NCBI GenBank assembly: GCA_043754515.1
Contig: JAYUUO010000143.1
Coordinates: 1-37,150 of the forward strand
Reading direction: 5' to 3'
Length of the DNA stretch: 37,150 bases
Source: Armatimonadota bacterium
GTDB lineage: Bacteria > Armatimonadota > Armatimonadia > Armatimonadales > Armatimonadaceae
In this document: positions 24,730 to 33,611 of the stretch, piece by piece
How positions within the stretch are numbered: position 1 is the first letter of the stretch
How the letters are laid out: each line of letters begins with the position of its first letter
Translations under genes and position numbers: made by a program
The notes under the pieces: generated by a model
Database searches by the model: none
The model's input: only the letters and a program-made list of their open reading frames with translations
Told to the model about the DNA's origin: nothing

Positions 24730-26367
24730 GTGGCCTTAACACTCTATTTCGAGGTGTCCCCCGGCACCGCGTCCCTGCCGCCGAGTGTCGCGGACGGCGC
24801 GTTCGCCGCGCTCGGTGCCCCCGCGCCGGACACGGGCGGGGGCGCGACCCTCGACAACACCCAATCGGGCACGCCGCCCGTCCAGCCCGGCGTGCTCTAC
24901 GCCTACCGCGCCCGCCGCTACGACGACGCGACCGGCCTCTACTCGCCCTACTCCGAAGTCGCCTTCGCGCGGGCACCACTATTCTTTAAGGAAAACAGCA
25001 TGGAAGGCATTCTAGATTCAGTCATCGTCGGCGGCCAGAGCGAGATCGGTATCGGACTCGAGGCCTACGAAGGCTTCGCTGTCAAGGCCCAGAAGAAGCT
25101 CGAGTACCGCTCCGGCGGCCCTAAGCGGACCATCAACACCCTGTTCGCCAAGCCCCTCGTCAACCGGCCCACCATGCGGCGCAAGTCCGCGCCGGGCACG
25201 GTCATGTTCGAGGGGCAGATGGTCGTCGAGGTCACGCCGGAGGGCGGATGGCTACTCCTGCTTGCCGCGTTCCTCTCCGACGTCGTGGCCGGCGCGGTCG
25301 TCCCGTTCACGCACACGTTCGCCAACAAGTTCGGCGCGAAGTCGGTCACCCTGTACCAGAAGGAGGGCAACGTCCTCAAAGTGTATCCGGGGTGCCGCGT
25401 CCAGTCGATCCAGTTCAACAACCTGGCGGCGGAGCCGACCGATATCGTCACCGCGAACGTGAACGTGCTCGCCCTGAACGAGGTGGTCTACGACCTTTCC
25501 GTGGATCCCGGCGCGTACGCGCGTTGCGGCATGGACACGGCGGGCCTCGACCCGCTCCCGCCCTATTCCGGCGTGGAGATGGTGAGCTTCATCGCGAACG
25601 TGGCGGGCACCGTCCGCACGTTTACCCTCTCGATCACCAAGGAGATGGGGAAAAAGAAAACGGCGACCGGCAAGCGCGGCTACTCCGCGCACTTCGAGAC
25701 GAAGACCGAGATCGCGGCGTCTGCGGAGGTCTATTTCGAGAACATCAGCGACCTGCTCCGCGACTACGGTCAACCCGCGCCGTCCGCCGCGCCCGTCGGC
25801 AACACGGTCGCGATGGCCACGATCAACGCGCCGTTCTCGCTGATCTTCGCCCCGCCGAACAACGCGTCCGGCTTCAGCAACACCTTCTCGATCGTCGCGC
25901 CGTCCGCGATCTACTCGGTGAACGAGGACGTCAAAGACGAGAAAGAGATCGTGCAGACGCTCACGTTCCAGACGGTGGACGACCCGGCCTCGGGCGCGGG
26001 GACTGACTTTTACCTGGCGTTCGTGAACTCGGTCTCGCAGGCGGGGCTGTTCACCCCCGCCGCGCCGGTGCCGAACTTCCCATCTAGCGCGGTGCATAAC
26101 TATTTCTGCGCCGCCGTGAATGCCGCCCCCGCCCCGACCACGACCGTGTTCACGACCGACACGGTCAACACGGCCTCGCTCGCGGCGTCAAACAACTACG
26201 CGATCTACCTCGCGAAGTCGGTGCTGTTCCTGAGCGGTGCCAACGTGGGGTTGTCGCGCCCGATCACCGCGTATACCGCGCCGACGGGCGGCGTCGGCGC
26301 GCAATTCACTGTCGCCACCGCGTTCCCGTCCGCGCCGGGCACGGGGGACATATTCACCGTCGCGTAG
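24730..26367 (+). CDS. Tail tube (major tail) protein; likely internal start at 25000, FN3-like N-terminal segment, C-terminal accessory domain
   Basis: IGIGLEAYEG, FTHTF and VYPGCRVQSIQF tail-tube patterns. AAGGA RBS before the in-frame ATG at 25000. Confidence 0.78.
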   Translation: MALTLYFEVSPGTASLPPSVADGAFAALGAPAPDTGGGATLDNTQSGTPPVQPGVLYAYRARRYDDATGLYSPYSEVAFARAPLFFKENSMEGILDSVIVGGQSEIGIGLEAYEGFAVKAQKKLEYRSGGPKRTINTLFAKPLVNRPTMRRKSAPGTVMFEGQMVVEVTPEGGWLLLLAAFLSDVVAGAVVPFTHTFANKFGAKSVTLYQKEGNVLKVYPGCRVQSIQFNNLAAEPTDIVTANVNVLALNEVVYDLSVDPGAYARCGMDTAGLDPLPPYSGVEMVSFIANVAGTVRTFTLSITKEMGKKKTATGKRGYSAHFETKTEIAASAEVYFENISDLLRDYGQPAPSAAPVGNTVAMATINAPFSLIFAPPNNASGFSNTFSIVAPSAIYSVNEDVKDEKEIVQTLTFQTVDDPASGAGTDFYLAFVNSVSQAGLFTPAAPVPNFPSSAVHNYFCAAVNAAPAPTTTVFTTDTVNTASLAASNNYAIYLAKSVLFLSGANVGLSRPITAYTAPTGGVGAQFTVATAFPSAPGTGDIFTVA

Positions 26368-26418
26368 TCACACAAACTGCGGCACTTTAGTGGATCACAA
26401 ACACGAGCGTTTTGTGGG
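26368..26418. repeat. Two tandem family E-like hairpins (27 + 24 bp)
   Basis: TCACACAAACTGCGGCACTTTAGTGGA followed by TCACAAACACGAGCGTTTTGTGGG. Confidence 0.62.
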
Positions 26419-26475
26419 TCACACGAACGAGAATACGTTCCGTCTCCCACGAAGAGATCGGCGGAGTAACATCCT

Positions 26476-27129
26476 ATGAAAACAGAAACATCGAACGCGA
26501 CTAAAACCCCTACCCTACCGACCGCCGATGAGATCGCGCGGGCGCGGGCCGAACGGCAGGCGCGGGGGGCCGTGTCTAACGGCAAGGTAAGCGAGAGCGA
26601 CAAGGCCCGCGCGATCACGGCGGCCCGGATGGACGACGACGGCATCGAAGTCGTCATTGCCGGAGTACCGCTCTTACTTAAAGGTCTGCCCCCGAAACGG
26701 GCGCGCCTGATGCAGGACGCCCTCTGGGAGGACTGCCCGCCGATCCTGCTCTACATCGCGGTCGCCGATCGCTACGGGCGCGGGATAGACTACGCGAGAA
26801 CGGCCGAGTTCGTACGTAAGGCGAAGATCGACGAGGAATGCGCCGAAGACGCGGTGGTAAACGACGTGAATACGTTCGCGAACCGCCTCATGGAAGAGGC
26901 GGGGGGCGAGCGCGTCCCGGCCAAGGGCTTCGGGAAGCGGGCGGTGGACGCGCTCGCCGAAGTCGTCTGGATGCTCGCGTCGGACACGCCGGGGCTGGAG
27001 AGGGACGCGATAGCGGGTCTCCTGGAGGACCGGTTCCGCATCCGGGATCTCGCGGTACTCGTGCGCGCCCTGTTCGCCGCTATGGGCGATTTCCCCGGAT
27101 CCATGGCCGACCGTTTTACTACGCCTTGA
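26476..27129 (+). CDS. Tail assembly chaperone (G-like)
   Basis: GGAG RBS. Lies between tail tube and tape measure and ends at a slippery site. Confidence 0.7.
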   Translation: MKTETSNATKTPTLPTADEIARARAERQARGAVSNGKVSESDKARAITAARMDDDGIEVVIAGVPLLLKGLPPKRARLMQDALWEDCPPILLYIAVADRYGRGIDYARTAEFVRKAKIDEECAEDAVVNDVNTFANRLMEEAGGERVPAKGFGKRAVDALAEVVWMLASDTPGLERDAIAGLLEDRFRIRDLAVLVRALFAAMGDFPGSMADRFTTP

Positions 27130-27368
27130 CGGGCCTATCGCCGGACGGCAAGCCCGCGCCGCCGCCCGGACCCGCCAAGGACTTCTCCCGACAACGCGCC
27201 TGGTTCGCGCATCTGTATCCCGGCCTTTCTTTCGCGCTCCTGACCGAGGAGCAGATATTCGCCTACGACCAGCACATGGCGGACATCGCGCGGGCGAACG
27301 CGTCGCTCACCGCCGATCTGCTTTTCGCGCGGTTCGCGCCGCTCTTCGGCCTGCGGATAAATGCTTAG
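27114..27368 (+). CDS. -1 frame extension of the chaperone (GT-like product)
   Basis: CGT TTT ACT at 27112-27120. The -1 frame is open (FYYALTG...GLRINA), matching the conserved G/GT frameshift arrangement. Confidence 0.65.
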   Translation, partial: FYYALTGLSPDGKPAPPPGPAKDFSRQRAWFAHLYPGLSFALLTEEQIFAYDQHMADIARANASLTADLLFARFAPLFGLRINA

Positions 27369-27535
27369 GACAAAGCCGCTTTTGTCCGGACAAAAGCGGC
27401 TGAGTCGGTGTTTCGCCACGAAACACCTGGAGGGCAGTCAAAAGCGGCTTTTGTCGAAGAGGCGATTTTCTTGCCTTCTCGATTTGTCGAATCGGCGAGG
27501 ACTAGTCCTCGCCGGTCTCCCTGTTTGTTCCGGAA
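27367..27535. repeat. Intergenic cluster of hairpin elements before the tape measure gene
   Basis: CAAAAGCGGCT-type units (also at 8615), an A-like unit at 27405-27429, a B right end at 27460-27473, and a palindrome at 27493-27514. Confidence 0.7.
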
Positions 27536-27541
27536 ACCCTC

Positions 27542-30500
27542 ATGAGCGACACGACGAAGACCCTCACCTACCGCGTGAAGGCGGACGGCCAGTCAGCGAT
27601 CACCAGCTTACAGGCGTTCGCATCGAGCCTCGTCGGGATCGCGAAAGTCTCGCCCGACGCCGCGCGGGCGATGAAGGCATACAACGACCAGGTGGTCACG
27701 AACGCCCGCGCACAGAAGGAAGTGGCGCAGGGCGGCGTGCTCGCGGCGCGGACGCTCAAGGAAGAGGCGGGCGCGCTGACCAACGCGGCGCGGGCCCGCG
27801 CCGCGTTGTCCCAGGCCGACCTGTCCGCCGCGCGCGCGGCGAAGGTGGCATCCGACGAGGGCAGGCGCGCCGCGACGGAGCGCGAACGGTCGTCGCGCTC
27901 GATAGTCGCGCTCGTGGACAAAGAATCGAAATCGCTCGACGCCGCCCGGACTCGGGAGATCGCCACGCAGCGGCTCGTCGAGGCGGAATACGACGCCATG
28001 GCGAAAAAGGCGCAGACCGGCTACGGCGCGGTGCGCGCGGAACTCGCCAAAACCCTGGCCGTCGAAGAGAAACAGCGCGCGGCGATCGCGAAAAATGCCA
28101 CGTTCACACCCGCGGCGTCTGTCGGTGGGGGATTCAACCTGGGTGCCCTGGGGGCTACGGCGGGCGTCGGGGTCGGGGTCGGCGACTTGGTCACCCGGCT
28201 CAAAGACTTCGAGAAGGTGATGACGGACATCCGGGGCAACACGGACATGACGGACGCCGAGTTTGGGCAGATGAAGACGTCGGTGCTCGACCTCGCGGCG
28301 ACCACGGGCGCGGCCACGGAGGACATCGGGCGGGGATTCATGCGCGCCCGCAACTTCGCGTTCGGCATGGCGGACACGACCCGCATCGTCGAGGTAGCCA
28401 CCAAATCGGCGGTCGGCTCCGGCGCGGACGTCAACCGCACGGCGGAGCTACTCGCGTCCACCATGCACAACTTCGGCATCGCGGGCAAGGACGCCCTGGT
28501 GACGATGAACGTGCTCCACGAGGGCGCGGTACTCGGCAACATGACGCTGGAGCAGTTCACCGAGCACGCGAAGCCGGTGGTCTCGCTCGCGTCGCAACTG
28601 GGGGTGTCGCTCTCCGACACGGTGTCCGGTTATGTCGCGCTGACCCGCGCGGGCTACGACAGCGCGCAGGCGGCGACGCAACTCCAGGGGATCATGACGC
28701 ACATCATCAACCCCAGCAAATCGGCCCAGAAGGAGATCGCGCTGCTCGCCAAAACGACCGGCGTGGATCTCGCGGGGGATTTCACGCTCGCCGGACTCAA
28801 GGCCCGCGGGTTCACCGGCGTGCTTGAGGACGTGCGCAAGGCGACGCGCGGCCACGAGGACGCGGTGCTGAAACTGATCCCGGCGCTCCGGGGCGGCATC
28901 GGGGCCATGCTCGTCACGGGCAAGGGCTACGACGACGTCAAAGACGCCGCGAACAAGCTAGCTGACGTGTATTCGGGCAAGCTCGACCCGACCACGCAGT
29001 CGTTCACCAACCAGCAGAAAACGCTCCAGGGGCAGCTCGCGAATCTGAACCAGGAAGTGACCCGGATCGTGAACGAGGAAGGGCCGGCGTTCCTGTCGTG
29101 GCTGACGCAGGGGGCGAAGGGGGTCCACTCGCTCATGGAAGAGTTCCGCGACATGGCCCCCGAGTCGAAAAAAGCGTGGGAGGGGGTCGGCGGCGCGGCG
29201 GTCGCCGTCGCGCTCGCCGTGCCCGCTATAGTGAACCTCATCGCCTGGCTCGGCAAGGCGAAGGACGCGTACGTCGCCCTGAGCCTGGCGTCGGGCGGGT
29301 CGTTCCTCGGCGGCGCGGGCCTCGGCGCGAAGGGGGCGGGACTGCTCGCGGGCGGCGCGGGGGCGATCGCCACGCGCGCCGGCCTGATCGCCGGGTCGGG
29401 GATCGCCGGGGTCGGCATCGGCCTCGCGATCAACGACCGGTTCATCGGGAAGAACGACGCGCGGGCGGCGAAGACCGACGCCGAGACGGATGCCATGAAC
29501 GCGCGGCGCGGCCCCGCTTACGCGAAGTTCGCCAAAACCCGCGAGACGCTGATCTCGTACCGGGAAGAGCAGGCACTGCTGTCCGGGGAGGCGGCGCGCC
29601 TCGGCAAGGAGTCGGGCGAATCGTCGCCCCAGGCCAAGGACGCCCGCCAGCAATTTTCGTTGATAACGTCGCGCGTCGAGTCCCTGACGAAGCAGGCGGC
29701 GGCGGATCGTGCGGCGGCGGTGAAGAGCCTCGCCGAGTCTAAGAAACCGGCGAAACCCGCCAAGGGCGGGCTGAAGGGGCCCGCGCCGCATGTCGATACG
29801 GCGGGGGGCGATGACGCCGCGCGCCGCAAGGCGGAGGCGGAGGCGAAACGGGCTTCCGAGGACGCGGCTGAGGCGACCCGCGCGGCGGCCGGGACGCGCC
29901 TCTCGAACCTGCAGAAGCGATACAAGAAGACGCTGGACACCCTGGGCGCGGACGCCGCGCCGGAGGAGATGCCAGGGCTGAAGGCGAAGTTGCGCCGTCT
30001 GTCGGGCGACATCCTCCAGGCAGCGACGGACGCGGCTGCGGCGGAACTGGCGAAGGCCAAAGTATCCGACCCGAAGTACCTGCTCGCGGCGGGGGCGCGC
30101 CAGCGCGGCGAGATCGGACGTGCGCTCGACGAACAGGGGGAGCGTTCCACCGAAATCACGGACGCCGTGAAAAAGGCATACGTACGTTTGCGCGGCGCGG
30201 CGCACAAGGCGGCGCAGAAGTCGCGGGAGGAGCGCGTCTCGCTCGCGAAGGACGCCGCCGAGCAGGAACAGGAAGTACTCGCCCATATGCTCGAAGTGGC
30301 GAAGAAGCAGGGGCTGTCGCCGGAGTACGAGGACACGTTCCGGGACGCGGTGAAACAGGCGGCGGACAAACTCCTGCTCGCGCGCGGCGCGGCGGCGAAC
30401 GCGGAGTACGCGAAGGACATCGGCGACGGCAAGACGCCCGAGGCGGCGAAGCGGACCCAGAGCGCGTCCTACCGCAAGGCGCGGCGCGAGTACGACAAAG

Positions 30501-32083
30501 TGACGCTCACGGTCGGTAGCGAGGAGAGCGAGACGGACCAGGCGGTGCATGCGGGCCGCGACCGTTACTACGAGAACGAGAACAAGGATAACCCCGACAC
30601 GACCGAGGCATTCGGCAGGCGCGTCCAGGCGTTGCGCGGCTACATCGAGACCGAGGTGCGGAACCTGGAGCAACTGCGCGAGATGTCCGGCAAACAGGCC
30701 GAGTCGCTCGCGGACGTCGGGCGCGAGCGCGACATCGCGAAACAGATCAACGCCAAGCGGATGCAGTTGGCGATGGTCTACCTCCAGGAGATGCTGGCGC
30801 GGATGAACCGGCCGGAGCTCGGCGACCCGGCCGACTCGGGGCACAAGCTCACGGACGCGGTTGCGGCGTCGGACACGCAGGCGAAAAAAGACGGCCTGTC
30901 GCTCGACAAGACGGAGATCGCGGTGCGGGAGCGGCTCGCGGCCGAATCGCTCGGTCGGCGGGCGTTCGGGGACGGGGGCGTGGTGGACGTGCAGATCTTC
31001 CGGGGCCAGTACGACATGGCGCGGCGGCTCACGGACGACATGCGCGAGCGGATCCGCCTCCTCCAAGACGAGGCGCGCGTCGTGTCGGAATACGCGGACG
31101 CACAGGGGAGTAAACTGACGCCCCAGGAGGCGGCGAAGATCCTGTCGGACCTCGCGGCGGAACTGAAGAAGAACCGGGCGTTCCTGGAAGCGAATTCCGT
31201 AGGGGACGCGGCGGACAAACAACGCGAGCGCGTCACCGCCGCGCTCAGACCGATGATCGACGCGCAGGTACAACTCCTGCGCGGGTCGGCGCGGCGGGCG
31301 AGCGACCTCGCGGCGGAGGCACTCACGGGCGGCGCGTCGGAGCGCAGGAACCTCGGCAAGAACCTGGGGGGCGTGGCGACGGAGCTCGGTAAGGATTCGC
31401 TGAAGGACTTCGCGGGGTCGCTCACAGACCAGCTGACCCTGCCTCTGAAAAAGATGGGCGACGACCTCGGGAAGCGTATCGGGGCGGGCGCGGCCAACCT
31501 GCTGAAGTCGGCGGGGCCGAACATCGGCATTGAGATCGGCGGCGCGGCGGTCGGGATCATGAGCATCCTGAACGCGAAGGGGCACAAGAAGACGAACTCT
31601 ATCCTGGGCGGACTGCTCGGCGGCGTCGCGGGCTTCCTTATCGGCGGACCCATGGGGGCGTCGGTGGGGTTCGGGGCGGGGTCGGCGATCGGCGGGGCGT
31701 TCGCGGACGGCGGCGTGGCACCGGCAGGCAAACTGAGCCTGTTCGGGGAGCGCGGGCCGGAGCTTGGCATCCCGGACTCGGCGATGCGGATCCTGCCCGC
31801 CCGCGTCACGGCAGCACTCGCGTCCGGCGACCTGTCCGGCATGCAAGCGAAAATGCCCCATACAGGCAGAAACAAGTTTCTGCCGATGTCGCGGGTTACG
31901 GAGCCGGGCGGTTCACCCGCATCGGGGACGGAAGAAACGCCGCGTTCTTCCACTATCCAGCACATCAGCCTCAACGCCCCCCTGATGCACGTGGAACAGA
32001 TAAACGACCGAACGGATGCGGCCTGGGCGGCGAAGCAGCTCGGCGAGACGCTCGGCGACCGGTTCCGCGCGGCAGGGCACTGA
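27542..32083 (+). CDS. Tail tape measure protein (TP901-like core)
   Basis: 1513 aa, Ala/Gly-rich. DFEKVMTDIR..AATQLQGIM core and C-terminal FADGG..LFGERGPEL. Confidence 0.93.
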   Translation: MSDTTKTLTYRVKADGQSAITSLQAFASSLVGIAKVSPDAARAMKAYNDQVVTNARAQKEVAQGGVLAARTLKEEAGALTNAARARAALSQADLSAARAAKVASDEGRRAATERERSSRSIVALVDKESKSLDAARTREIATQRLVEAEYDAMAKKAQTGYGAVRAELAKTLAVEEKQRAAIAKNATFTPAASVGGGFNLGALGATAGVGVGVGDLVTRLKDFEKVMTDIRGNTDMTDAEFGQMKTSVLDLAATTGAATEDIGRGFMRARNFAFGMADTTRIVEVATKSAVGSGADVNRTAELLASTMHNFGIAGKDALVTMNVLHEGAVLGNMTLEQFTEHAKPVVSLASQLGVSLSDTVSGYVALTRAGYDSAQAATQLQGIMTHIINPSKSAQKEIALLAKTTGVDLAGDFTLAGLKARGFTGVLEDVRKATRGHEDAVLKLIPALRGGIGAMLVTGKGYDDVKDAANKLADVYSGKLDPTTQSFTNQQKTLQGQLANLNQEVTRIVNEEGPAFLSWLTQGAKGVHSLMEEFRDMAPESKKAWEGVGGAAVAVALAVPAIVNLIAWLGKAKDAYVALSLASGGSFLGGAGLGAKGAGLLAGGAGAIATRAGLIAGSGIAGVGIGLAINDRFIGKNDARAAKTDAETDAMNARRGPAYAKFAKTRETLISYREEQALLSGEAARLGKESGESSPQAKDARQQFSLITSRVESLTKQAAADRAAAVKSLAESKKPAKPAKGGLKGPAPHVDTAGGDDAARRKAEAEAKRASEDAAEATRAAAGTRLSNLQKRYKKTLDTLGADAAPEEMPGLKAKLRRLSGDILQAATDAAAAELAKAKVSDPKYLLAAGARQRGEIGRALDEQGERSTEITDAVKKAYVRLRGAAHKAAQKSREERVSLAKDAAEQEQEVLAHMLEVAKKQGLSPEYEDTFRDAVKQAADKLLLARGAAANAEYAKDIGDGKTPEAAKRTQSASYRKARREYDKVTLTVGSEESETDQAVHAGRDRYYENENKDNPDTTEAFGRRVQALRGYIETEVRNLEQLREMSGKQAESLADVGRERDIAKQINAKRMQLAMVYLQEMLARMNRPELGDPADSGHKLTDAVAASDTQAKKDGLSLDKTEIAVRERLAAESLGRRAFGDGGVVDVQIFRGQYDMARRLTDDMRERIRLLQDEARVVSEYADAQGSKLTPQEAAKILSDLAAELKKNRAFLEANSVGDAADKQRERVTAALRPMIDAQVQLLRGSARRASDLAAEALTGGASERRNLGKNLGGVATELGKDSLKDFAGSLTDQLTLPLKKMGDDLGKRIGAGAANLLKSAGPNIGIEIGGAAVGIMSILNAKGHKKTNSILGGLLGGVAGFLIGGPMGASVGFGAGSAIGGAFADGGVAPAGKLSLFGERGPELGIPDSAMRILPARVTAALASGDLSGMQAKMPHTGRNKFLPMSRVTEPGGSPASGTEETPRSSTIQHISLNAPLMHVEQINDRTDAAWAAKQLGETLGDRFRAAGH
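31863..31952. repeat. Two 24-bp hairpin elements in frame in the tape measure gene (A at 31863-31886, D at 31929-31952)
   Basis: CAGGCAGAAACAAGTTTCTGCCGA and CGGAAGAAACGCCGCGTTCTTCCA. Confidence 0.72.
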
Positions 32084-32085
32084 CA

Positions 32086-32592
32086 ATGACTACGATAATT
32101 ACCGTGCCCGGCAATTCGTTCGCGTGGACGCCCTCCGGGGTGTTCGTCGCGGCGGGGGACTTGCTCCGGGTCTTCGCCACGGGCGCGGTCGCGCCGATCA
32201 GGGGGTCTTCTAACGAATATCCACCCTACGGCGACACCGGGCGGGTAGCGGGGGTACACCCCCGCTACCCGGCGGATGTGAGCGGGTTCGCGGCGTCCGG
32301 CGTCGCTCTTTTCGGCTTGGCCATCGCGGTGAGTGCCGTTGAACCCGTCGCGCAGGTCCATGACGCGGTCATGCCATTTCGCGTCGGCACCACGACCGAC
32401 GGCGAAATCTACTTCGTCGCGGCGTCAACCGGACAGATCTGGCTCAACTTCAACGACACGTACTACGGCGACAACGCCGGATCCTACGTCGCGACGATAA
32501 CAACCGGCATCGCGCTCCCCGCGACACCGATCCTGACCGCGACTGGGCTACTGATCGGCAACGCGCCGCTCATCCGCCTCCGAGCCTATTGA
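32086..32592 (+). CDS. Tail-associated protein with a LecA/PA-IL-like lectin fold
   Basis: W..SGV.V..GD.LRV.ATG at the N-terminus and GQIWLNFND..YGDNAGSY at the C-terminus. Confidence 0.55.
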   Translation: MTTIITVPGNSFAWTPSGVFVAAGDLLRVFATGAVAPIRGSSNEYPPYGDTGRVAGVHPRYPADVSGFAASGVALFGLAIAVSAVEPVAQVHDAVMPFRVGTTTDGEIYFVAASTGQIWLNFNDTYYGDNAGSYVATITTGIALPATPILTATGLLIGNAPLIRLRAY

Positions 32593-32686
32593 CCCCCTTC
32601 GGAATCCGAAACCACGGAGAATCCGGAACCGGCAAATCTCGGCCCCGACCGTTCGCGGAGATTTGCCGAGAAGCGACGCATATCCC

Positions 32687-33514
32687 ATGGCCGAACAAAG
32701 CATATTACTTTCTTTCACCCCGTTCGGTGGGGCGGAGTTCGTTTTCGCCGACCCCTACGACCCGGACGATTTCGACCCCGGCGAGATCACGCACACGATC
32801 CCCGCCTCCGAGATCCCCCAGGACGGCGAGTACCAGAGTGACTCGTACCTCGCGCCGCGCGTCGCCACGATCAAAGGCACTATCGTCGGTCCCGACCTCG
32901 GTACCGTCCAGTCACGCCTGAACGCCATCCTGTCCGGGAGTCCCAAAGGCGGCGAGGGGCGCCTCCGGCAGCGGCTGGTGGACGCTTCGGCAGGCACGCT
33001 CTCGGACTATTATCTCCCGTGCCGCGTGTACCACCGCCAGCCTGGAAAGCAGGACGGGTACCCGCGCCGCGAATGGATGATCTCGTACCGGTCCGGATCG
33101 CCCCTCTGGCGCGAATGGTCAGCTAGGTCACAGGTGCTGTACGCGGGGAGCCTCGCGGCGGCATCCCAGGCGGTGCCCTTCGTGCCGGGCGGCGGCGAGA
33201 ACGTGCCGCCCGTGATCACGTTCGCCGTGACGGCGGCGGGGGCGGTGGCCATCGCCCCCGCCGCCGTCGGGGCCATTTCGGACAGTGTTTCGGTGACGAT
33301 CTCGGCCGACGCCCTGGACACATGGACGTTCGACTGCGAGCGGCGGGTACTGACCCGCGCGGGCGCGCCCGGCGTGAACCAGAACGCCCGGATCACGCAG
33401 GGCGGCTTTTTCTCCCTGACGCCGTCCGGCACCGTCGTCACCCTGACCACGGGAGCCGGGGCAGGCGCGGGCAATTTCGTCACTTCCTGGCGGCAACGAT
33501 TCGCGGCGGTTTGA
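32687..33514 (+). CDS. Distal tail (Dit-like) protein
   Basis: PRVATIKGTI..PLW..FFSLTP..WR pattern and position after the tape measure gene. Confidence 0.7.
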   Translation: MAEQSILLSFTPFGGAEFVFADPYDPDDFDPGEITHTIPASEIPQDGEYQSDSYLAPRVATIKGTIVGPDLGTVQSRLNAILSGSPKGGEGRLRQRLVDASAGTLSDYYLPCRVYHRQPGKQDGYPRREWMISYRSGSPLWREWSARSQVLYAGSLAAASQAVPFVPGGGENVPPVITFAVTAAGAVAIAPAAVGAISDSVSVTISADALDTWTFDCERRVLTRAGAPGVNQNARITQGGFFSLTPSGTVVTLTTGAGAGAGNFVTSWRQRFAAV

Positions 33515-33518
33515 ACTA

Positions 33519-33604
33519 TTTTGGGGGCAGTCAGCTCAGGTGAAAGAGAAGACCGCGGCGATCTCTCTCCAAACGAGTTTTCACCGAACAGGCTTCCCCT
33601 AAAA
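33519..33604. repeat. Nest of a C-like 27-bp unit inside a 24-bp A unit inside an outer inverted repeat
   Basis: CAGGTGA[AAGAGAAGACCGCGGCGATCTCTCTCC]AAACGAGTTTTCACCGA at 33537-33587. Outer arms TTTTGGGGG and CCCCTAAAA. Confidence 0.75.
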
Positions 33605-33611
33605 GATCACC

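Noticed and set aside
27361..28827. 488-aa + strand ORF overlapping the tape measure gene
   Set aside because: It starts in a hairpin cluster and continues as an Arg/Gly-rich off-frame reading of the tape measure gene.
28958..31861. 967-aa minus-strand ORF and other long antisense ORFs (7119-8561, 30778-32361, 33531-34736, 1834-2904)
   Set aside because: These are shadow frames of GC-rich + strand genes, with Arg/Ala/Pro-biased sequence and no motifs.
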